Source: Octopus vulgaris
Lineage: Eukaryota
Reading direction: 5' to 3'
Assembly (NCBI GenBank): GCA_951406725.2
Contig: OX597826.1
Coordinates: 3,844,001 to 3,908,000, forward strand
Length of the DNA stretch: 64,000 nt
Positions 54,016 through 64,000 of the stretch are shown piece after piece. Position 1 is the stretch's first letter. Every line of letters begins with the position of its first letter. A model generated the notes under the pieces. That model ran no database searches, had not been told where the DNA came from, and saw only the letters and a program-made list of their open reading frames with translations. The position numbers and the translations under genes are program-made.

Positions 54016-55779
54016 GTGTGTTGCTGTTTAATAGGTAAATGCCAAATAGAAAGAATTGACAGGAAATCTATAAATTGCCGGCAATGTATAAAACCACCCG
54101 CATAAAACTACATAGATTTTTCTGTTGTAACCTCAAACAGACTTCAGGGTTACAATTGTATGCTTACAGAGAGGCTTAGCGATTGCAATCAAACTCTGGG
54201 TAAGGTGTATAAAGAAATGTAATACCATTCAAACCAAAGTCAGAGAAACACACTGCGTAAACAGAATATTCTAGTAAACTAGTACATGGATAGGAACATG
54301 TTTATCAATAATACAAGGTAAGGCCTGTTATCCAGGTGTTCTTCCTACTACTCGACTAAGACTAAGTATATAAAAAGAGGAAGACTGCCTTGCATAAATG
54401 GAATTTAGTGTGACATTTATGTGGAGAAAGATGGAATGGTTATCGATTGGATATTTTTCGCTAAAGAATTGTTCAGTGTTTGCGGACCGGGAATAAAAGA
54501 ACAACAGTATTGATAACAACAGCCACAGAAATTAAAGCTCTGTAAGTAATTATGATAGTAGATGAATGATTCTGAGAATCAAACAGAATGTGTTGAAATC
54601 ATGAGAAAATTTATTACAAATTATCCAGGAGAATTCGTTTATTAATTAGTACATATAGCATAGTTTTTTGCTTGCATCGGAAATACGTATCTACAAAGAG
54701 AAACTAACAATCTACAGTTGGGAAAAAGAGATCAAACATAGGTTAATATATAGAATAAATGAAAGATATTGATACAATGGTTTGATAGAAAATGAAGGCA
54801 TTACTGACAACTTGACGGAAGAATATATTGTTATGATTTTACTGTATTCGTCACTGGACAGGTGTCAAGGTGAGTTTACGCCTTCAAGGGTTATTTGTCA
54901 ATTATATCGACCTTGTTATCTGGTCTGTGGCTAATAACATCGACTTCTGCTTACCGAAATGGTTGGATATAATATCTGAGTTCACATTAAGACTTACGTC
55001 CTATTGAGAGAGTTTCCTCCCTCAAGTGGCATAATAAGCTTCAGTTTTACACATCGGTATACACAAGAAACCGAAATTCAGCAATAAAGTCTAATGATTT
55101 GTGACATTTTCAGCCTACATTATGTGTGTGTGCGGTGGGACATGTGCATGCGTGAGGGACCCTTTGTGCGTCTGTAAGGTCCCCTCTGTACCTGTGTGAG
55201 GGTCCCTTTGTGCGTGTATACTAGCTAGTTGCCAATCGTTTCACTCCGAAGACAGAGGTCAGCTTTATGGTATTGCTTGCATGCATCCATTACTTGTTGC
55301 ATATACTTAAAATTGTGCACTTTCCATCTGCACTCAAGACAAATATTAGGTAATTTCGAACCCACAGAAACAGCTGTCGGACCTGTAATATCATGCCCTC
55401 TACCCTTAGTTTCCTGTATAGGCATTTATATATATTTTATATATCAAATTCAAGCACGATTATTTTTACAACTATATCTATATCGGCTGATCTAGGTTCG
55501 TCTTATGGCCATTTTTTACCTTGCAGACTTAGTCTTCGATAAAGACATCGGCGTGTAAGTTCAAATCATTACAACATTACGACGTTTTATCCGTACTGAG
55601 CATAGTGTGTATAGTTTAGGACAATCAGTGTCATAATAGTATTCGGAGTTTCAAATGCCGGGGCTAAGAGATACGATGCATTCTCATCGGCTAGTAATGG
55701 CAATAGACGGTATAAAAATCGTTCAATAAAAGGGAAGTTACGCCGAGTATTATAATGACAAATTACTGATTGTCCTAGA

Positions 55780-55925
55780 CCGCGCGTGTATCGTTGGCGA
55801 ATTTCTTTCTCCGTCTTCCATTCCTTGGACCTTTTCTTTCCCTATGTTTCTGACGAAGAGTACCGCTCGAAACGTCAAATGCTCCTTTTTTCTTTCCTTT
55901 CCTAAGCGTCTAATAACACTATAAC
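55780..55925 (+). mobile_element. PLE terminal-repeat remnant, family P1 copy 4, intact CUGACGA core
   Basis: 55846-55880: gttt-CTGACGA-a-gagt-acc-gctc-GAAA-cg-TC-aaat. Confidence 0.72.
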
Positions 55926-56534
55926 ACACACACATATACATATCTCCATACATTTATATATATTTTTCAACCATCAGTGATCCTTTATCCATTCCTCTTT
56001 ATAATAGATACAATAGAATGCAGCCGTATATACTATTTCAAATATTTATTATGTCTCTATTCTTAATATACGCAAATACGATGGCACTCGCGGATGTAAT
56101 TAAGAACAATATATTAACATGGGCGTGGTAAACGTGAAATCCAGTGCTTTCCAATAAAAAAAAAATCGCTTCCGTTTATACTTCGATATCAGGCCTACCT
56201 TCACAACTGTAATGAACCAGTGATTGGTCCTTTGGAAATCCGTGACCAACGTCGATATTATTTACCAAATCCGGCTCAAAATAAATAATTAGGTAAGCCG
56301 GAGCAAAGGTCATAAAAACAAAACATAATCGTTGAAACAATAGGAAACAGACTATAAACTATTTATTCTATTTATTGTCTCCCTTTAAACTCAAAGATCA
56401 AAGCGAACCATTGTCATCGTTTGTCTTTTATCTTCGGAAGAGTTGGGCGACGATAAAATACAAGTCGATTCGAGTGACCAGAAAATATTACGACCTTGTC
56501 ACAATATGAGCAGTCGCTGTACTTGATGTAAACT

Positions 56535-57331
56535 TACTGGTGGTGGTGGTGGCGGTATTGGTGGCGGTATTCGGGATGGTGGTGGTGGCAGGTGATGGTG
56601 CTGGGTGATACTGAGAGTGATGATGATGGCGGCAGCAGTGGCGGTGGTAGTGGGGTTTAGTAGTAGAGGTGGAGCTGGTGGTAGTGGTTGTAGTGGCGCT
56701 GATGGTGGTAGTGGTGGTAGTGGCCGTAGTGGTGGTGATGGTGCTGGGTGATACTGAGTGATGGTGGTGGTGGTGGTGGTGGTGGTAGTGGTAGTGGTAG
56801 TAGAGACGGAGCTGGTGGTGTTGGTGATGAGTGATGGAGATGGCAGTGGTTGTAGTGGTCCTGATGGTTGTAGTACTGGTAGTGGCCGTAGCGGTGGTGT
56901 TGGTGCTGGTGATACTGAGTGGTGGTAGTGGTGGTGGTGGTGCTGCTGCTCAGTGGTGGAAGTGGTGCTGGCGGTGGAGGTACTGGTAGTAGTGATGCTG
57001 ATGGTGGCGATAGAGTACGTGGTGGTGGTGATGGTGCCGATGCTGCGTATAGTGACTGTGGTGGTAGCTGTGGTTGTGTCGGTAGTGGTGAAAAGGATGA
57101 TAATGGTGGTAGTGTCGGAGTCGGTGCTGGTAGCAGCAGTGATTGGTAAGTGGTAGGACAACTGGTATTGGTGACGCGATTATGACGATGATAGCGATGA
57201 TGGTACAGGAGAGGACCATTATGATTCAGAAGAGTAGGGAAGGAGGAGGAGGAGGAGGAGGAGGAGGTTCGAAAAGGTGAAGAGAGTGGTAGTCACTGTA
57301 CTGGAATTGGTTGAAGATATGATGATGATGC

Positions 57332-57374
<43 letters not shown>

Positions 57375-57400
57375 AGATGATGATGATTAAGAGGACGACG
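56535..57400. repeat. Degenerate GGT/AGT/GAT triplet low-complexity tract with ~150-bp internal duplications
   Basis: The block ggtg(a/t)tggtgctgg(g)tgatactgag recurs at ~56591, ~56735 and ~56896. Confidence 0.85.
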
Positions 57401-57541
57401 ACATTGATGATGATAATCAAGATCATGGTACTGAGGATGTATTCGTAGTTTAAAATTTTTTTGTAGAAGTGGTTATAATGAAGAACAGCTGACAGCGATC
57501 ACTGATATAAGAAGTGAAAAAGCCAAGCCAAAAAGGACCAA

Positions 57542-57785
<244 letters not shown>

Positions 57786-58312
57786 GTTTGGCTATTTCAT
57801 TGTCTGCCAATCTACGTTTCTGTCTGTCTATCAATGTATCTATCTATCTATCTATCTTTCTAGCTAGTTGTATGCAGGTGATTATGAATGAGGTTATTCG
57901 GTACAAAACATAAAAGACATTTCCTTAGCAAAACAGATAAAAGAAATTTTAAATAAAAAAGCTAATAATAATTCCACATGAAATCAAACAAATTATATGA
58001 AACAAGACTATAGTTTCTATCTCACTCAAATAAATGACAGTTGCCGGCAAGTGACACATATTTCAAATGTCTAGACTATGCGATTGTGGGATAAATACTA
58101 ATACAATAATTGACTATGGTTGCTAATGTACGTGCTGAGGTATTCTGTCAGAGTGTGTTATGAGGAGAGAGAGAGAGGCGCGACTATCGAGGTCTGTCTG
58201 TCAGATCTCATCTATCAGAGTTTCTAATATGATTTAAAGCGCTCATACACATATACGTTCGCCATGTACAAGACACACGCGCTTATAGGCATGCGTACAT
58301 TGATATCTATCC

Positions 58313-58409
<97 letters not shown>

Positions 58410-58632
58410 CACACACACATAGAGAGAGGGAGCGAGAGAGAGAAAGGGAGAATGAGAGAAAGAATAAGAGAGAAATAGATAATTATATAGATAGATAGAC
58501 AGATAGATAGTTAAATTTAATATACAAGATTTGCTTTGATTTATCAACCAATGAAAAGCGACCTCGTTGAATATTGTGAAGCACGCGTCCGTTTTCGCGA
58601 CTCACGATCTTTAGAAAGCTGAAGTGTTAAAC

Positions 58633-58718
<86 letters not shown>

Positions 58719-58901
58719 TTCTCAAGCACACTCACATCTATACATATATACATACATATATACATTTAAAATGAGAATAAATGTCATTGCTTTCCTTCTT
58801 CTTCTTCTTCTTCTTCTTCTATAACCACCACCACCACCACAACCACCACAATAACTACACGTACGCAAGCGCATATCTTCATGTTTATAAATACATGGAG
58901 G

Positions 58902-58953
<52 letters not shown>

Positions 58954-59029
58954 AACAATACATATGCATATACACTATATATCATATATGTGTGTATATA
59001 CATATATATATATATATATATATACATAC

Positions 59030-59065
<36 letters not shown>

Positions 59066-59445
59066 GAGTATATACATGTATATATGCATATATATATATG
59101 TGTCTGTGTGTGTGTGGGTATGTATGAATGTATGTGCAAACATATGTAGTTCTCTGATAACTTCTACCCCCATGCGTCCTCTCTGCGGAGTGTTTGTTAA
59201 TACCATAGCATATACAATGTTTATATTTAGATCTGTATTCCCGCCTCCTCTTAAGCTCATTGTAAATATTTCCACTGTGACCGTCACGAAATACGCTCAC
59301 CTGCGCATTTTGAAATTTATCAGCAGCAGTAGCAGGAGCCACAAAAAATCACTCCGATTCTGCTAATATTATTATGATTTATGCTATCAATAGCAGCCGG
59401 TTCGCTTGAATCACAACACATTGTTTCCGAAAAGAATATGTCGAT

Positions 59446-59549
<104 letters not shown>

Positions 59550-59583
59550 CATTTCACTCTCTCTATATATATATATATATATA

Positions 59584-59619
<36 letters not shown>

Positions 59620-60448
59620 TATGCTTATATATACAGAGAGAGAGAGAGTGAAAGTCTGAGAGATAAAGGGCATCAAAACCTATAGCTATGCACTGTGATA
59701 CCATCAACATTAGATAATGGAGTCCTTCATAGAGTTCCAGAAATTCACCGCATAATAGTACCTGGAATATCTTCGATAAAATGTTCATCACTCCATAAAG
59801 TTTCAGCTATTTATAAAACAACGACAAAAATAACCAGACACCATTCTTCGCTTAGCTTGAAGACAACGAGATTACTAGACCCAGTAATCTGAAAAAAAAG
59901 CGGCTCTGTTGGCCAAAACTGACTCTGAACTGACTCAGGAGTATGTAAGCCCAGGCAAGATTTTTTTCCAGGAAGACTGGCAGTTGCCTATATATGAAAT
60001 TCTCCCTTTTTCACGTCGTTGATGTTTATCCAATCAACAAAAGGCCGCTGACTTGGGCTGATAGTGATTGGCACCAGAGCATGTCTCAGGTGTTACACGC
60101 AGAACTCAAAGGGCCGGAACAGATGCCACCGTTAAGCTAACCTGGTATCCTAACTGTTCTTGCCATTCATTGTCTTCGTTTAGTATTTGTGAGTGACACC
60201 AAATAAATGTTAGGTAAGTTTGACTTCGGCGCTATTTGAAATCTAAACGCTGAGAATAGAAACATAAAACGCGAGACATTCTATCGAACGCTTTAACGTT
60301 TCTGCCAATTCGCAGCCTTATATAGAAGCTAAATCCTCCCGATATAAAAGTTTAAGAACACGTCAGCTAAAGTAATACAACATGCACTATGATTAAAAAA
60401 ATGATGGATAGCCTTAACTTCAATGTATTTAATCATAGGTCTACTAAA

Positions 60449-60492
60449 TCGTGTTTAGCACAAGAATCAGTAGATTCTTGTGCTAAACACGA
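60449..60492. repeat. Perfect 20-bp-arm palindrome with 4-nt loop
   Basis: tcgtgtttagcacaagaatc-agta-gattcttgtgctaaacacga. Confidence 0.95.
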
Positions 60493-61227
60493 ACAAGAAC
60501 AAAGACAATAGAGTCACTGCTATCATTACACATTACCTAGTCTGGACCATATATTGATTTCTACGCTGCTACACGAGAACCATAATTTGGAAGTGTATAA
60601 CAATCCTAAGACGAAACCCCATACACGAGAGGTGTAAATATTTTCGCTTTTGATAGCATGACTGCTACGTTAGCCCCTATGGATTCAAACTTTGCATACG
60701 GACCCAAATAAGATTAGTTTTATTAAATAATGATTTTTAACATGAGCACATAGCAGCCCATTTTTTTAAAAAGGATTTTAGTCGATCTTTTTACTTTTTA
60801 TGTGATGCGGGTCGTAGAAATCAAAGTTTGATATGTATTTTATTTTACAATTACTGAACAAAAATTTAAAAAGTAGTTCATTATTAAACTACAGTTAATT
60901 ATTTCCGCACTATTTGAAGTCAAACCTTACCGGACGATAATTAAGTATACAAAATATATGTAATTCCACTCTGCTAAAACTGCTCTCCTCACAGAAGTAG
61001 CTAATATTATTTACTTATATATAAAACAAAATTTAGTGTTTGGTTTATTCGTAGAGATCTTGACTGGAACGTATGACTGGTAGCGATTCTATGGATTACA
61101 AACACATTACACATTAGTGTAATTCACATCAGAAGTATCATATCCAACTATCCAACTTCGAGTAACACCATTTTATCACAACACCGGCCTTGCTCGGCAT
61201 TAAAATGGAATAGCTGTTTTTTTATGT

Positions 61228-61470
61228 CTTACTTTTTTCAGTCATGCTGGAGCACCGCCGCTGGCCGAACAAATCGACAACAGGATTTATTCTTTGCAAG
61301 ACTAGCACTTAACTTAGTGTCTTTTGCAGAACCGCTAATTTATGGGATGGTAAACACACCAACATCAATGGCGGAATACAAGCACACACACAAACATAAA
61401 TATACAAACATATACCACAGTCTTCTTTCAGTTTCCGTGTAGGAAATCCACTCACAAGCCTTTGGTCATT
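61228..61470 (-). mobile_element. SINE family A, degenerate and truncated
   Basis: Homology to the other family A copies (catgctggagcaccgcc, aaatccactcacaag). Confidence 0.7.
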
Positions 61471-61743
61471 TGAATAGAAATTTTGTGACATTGGAAGGAC
61501 CACTCTGTATACACTATGCCATTTATATTAGTAAAATTTGAAAAACAATAAAATTTGACAAGCAGATTCTTCAAATCATGCAGAATGAAGAAACCGTCAA
61601 ACCGAAAGTGACGAAATATGACTTACAATATTCAGTCCTTTTCTGCATTAAACATTTGTTGTTAAACATAAATTTAGAAATAATCCTAAAAACAATATAT
61701 AGCCACTTAATATATATATGCACTCATATATCTGTCAGAATAT

Positions 61744-61793
<50 letters not shown>

Positions 61794-61805
<12 letters not shown>

Positions 61806-62250
61806 AAACAAGTCAAAAATAGAAAATGCTAAGATGATTTTATAGTGAATCTTTCAGTACCGGTTTCGGTCATTTTGAGACCTTTTCAACTGTAACGATT
61901 AAATAATTAAATTTAGAAAAATTAGAAGAAAAGTTTTTTTAAAAAATATTTCTGTAGTAGTGTTCAGATATAAGTAGCATTCTGCCTTTCTCTGACTCCC
62001 TTGTTTGCAAACTTGGAGTCAGAGAAAGGCAGAATGCTACTTATATCTGAACACTACTACAGAAATATTTTTTAAAAAAACTTTTCTTCTAATTTTTCTA
62101 AATTTAATTATTTAATCGTTACAGTTGAAAAGGTCTCAAAATGACCGAAACCGGTACTGAAAGATTCACTATAAAATCATCTTAGCATTTTCTATTTTTG
62201 ACTTGTTTTTTCATATATATCAACTCGTGTGTTCCTTACCACCCTTATAC
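61794..62250. mobile_element. Fold-back PLE-like element: ~206-bp inverted arms, each with a U3:A8 minimal hammerhead, inside (TA)n
   Basis: Arms 61794-61999 / 62015-62220 with no mismatch found by eye, a 15-bp spacer and a ~30-bp unique 3' extension. HHR cag-TTGAAAA-ggtc-tcaaaat-gacc-GAAA-ccgg-TA-ctg at 62122-62159, mirrored at 61855-61892. Confidence 0.8.
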
Positions 62251-62310
<60 letters not shown>

Positions 62311-62705
62311 ATGTATGTATATGTATATATATGTATATTTCTTTACACACACACATGAAGTATTTAGTCATACAAATCGACCCTAGCACTTAAATTTTGC
62401 AAACATGGTACTTATTCTATCTGTTTTGCCGAAACGCAAAGATAATAGCTTGTAAACAAAATCAACACTAATTATCAAGAGATGGTAAGAGAGAAAAAAT
62501 GTAATCATTTGCACACACATACACTCACATACACACACACACACACCCGCGCACATACTCACACAGCCACGCGTACTACACACACACAAACGGAAATTTG
62601 TAAACCCATTAGTAAATGTGAACAATGGGAAATGAGTATCAGAAACATTTTGAGATTGCGAAGGAACATCATGATTTTTGCATATCAAATTCTATCTTTT
62701 TCTAG

Positions 62706-62767
<62 letters not shown>

Positions 62768-62962
62768 ACGTATAAGGATAAGATCGTTATTTTAGCGTTC
62801 AAATAAAGAGGCAGCATAGAAAGTAAAATACCTTGTAGGTTACAATAATTATTAAAAGGATAAATAAGGGTATATAAGGGATATCACCATGCTTGAAATA
62901 GCAGGCAAAACCTGGCTCAAAAACCTTAGTTATAATTGTATATACATATAACTTGTATATAA

Positions 62963-63022
<60 letters not shown>

Positions 63023-63049
63023 ATGTATGTATTTATGTATGTATATATG

Positions 63050-63114
<65 letters not shown>

Positions 63115-64000
63115 ATATGCGCGCATCTGTTGATCGTCCTCATTGGCATGTTTATATTATTAATTTGACGACGACGTTGATCATAATAAGGATCGTGGTA
63201 ATACTGATGATGCGTGGATGTGTGGATAGGAGAGTGTGAATACGCATCATGCCTAACGGAATTGCCGGGAATGAGATTGAACACGTTCTCCAAGAACCTA
63301 ATGATGCTACATCACTGTATGAGCCATATGAAGAAGAAGAAGAAGAAGAAGAAGAAGAAGAAGAAAAAAAAAAAAAAAGAAGAAGAATGATGATGATGAT
63401 GATGATGATGAAGAACTAGGAGAAGATGAAGAAGGAGGAGGAGGAGGAGGAGATGCAGGACATGAAGACGAGGAAGAATAAATTGGAAGTTGTGCTAATA
63501 CTAGTAGTAGCAGTAGTAGAGATATTGTTGTTGTTGGTGGTGGTGACGGTGGTAGTGGAGGAGGTGCTGTGTTGGTGGTAGTGTTGATGGTGGTGGTGGG
63601 AAAGTTGTTGACAAGAGATATCATTGTCACCATCAGAGTTATCAGAATCTTCTTACGCCCCCTTAACCTCTCCCTCCTCCACCTTCTCCTCCTCACCATT
63701 ATCATCATCAGTGTCATCATAGCCTCGTTACTATCCTCATGCTGATTGTTATGACTTTGCTGATGTAAATAATATTGGTTTGTGATATTGTTATTGACGA
63801 TGATCATGATGATGATGATGATGTTTTTAAGATGATGTAGATTGTGGTGATGCTGATGCTGATGATTCCAGAGATCATAATGAATGACGGAGGTAATACT
63901 ATTGCTGCTGAAGTCATGACGATTATGATGATGGAGAAGATAAGGATGATGTTGATAATGATGATGATGATGATGATGACGATGTGGAGGAGGAGGAGGA

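Noticed and set aside
56499-57161. 220-aa Pro/Thr-rich mucin- or extensin-like ORF
   Set aside because: Low-complexity triplet DNA that is open in several frames on both strands, with no convincing start or splice context.
59308-59365. Possible minus-strand exon (…FLWLLLLLLINFKMR, ending CAG|GTGAGC)
   Set aside because: The donor is good, but there is no polypyrimidine tract, an in-frame stop lies just upstream, and I recognise no homology. It needs RNA-seq.
59670-60170. Possible LINE RT remnant on the minus strand (ISPSQRPFV..ININD)
   Set aside because: A single weak motif. Similar faint TE traces at ~9540-9900, 20600-21050, 23650-23900 and 36850-37080 are too decayed to assign without a search.

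Overview
AT-rich, extremely microsatellite-dense eukaryotic DNA, most likely intronic or intergenic. The SINE families and (TA)n/(CA)n/(TATC)n load suggest a coleoid cephalopod such as Octopus; this is an inference, not a database result. I cannot support any host protein-coding gene, and almost all ORFs in the track are translations of simple repeats. The only long real ORF (27080..29464) is a 5'-truncated R4/Dong-type RT plus restriction-like-endonuclease retrotransposon sitting in a (TAA)n tract. The rest is transposon debris: several mariner/Tc1 remnants, Helitron-type elements, at least three tRNA-headed SINE families (one copy is a TSD-bounded tandem multimer), HERO-, CR1- and RTE-like LINE fragments, and an 18S rDNA fragment. 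The most interesting signal is a set of hammerhead-ribozyme (HHR) motifs. These include Penelope-type minimal HHRs with three different base pairs at the core 3:8 position (C:G, G:C, U:A), two of them inside small fold-back insertions. There is also a pseudoknot-permuted hammerhead-like motif in the 3' UTR of a HERO-like retrotransposon. All RNA folds were assigned by eye and are untested.
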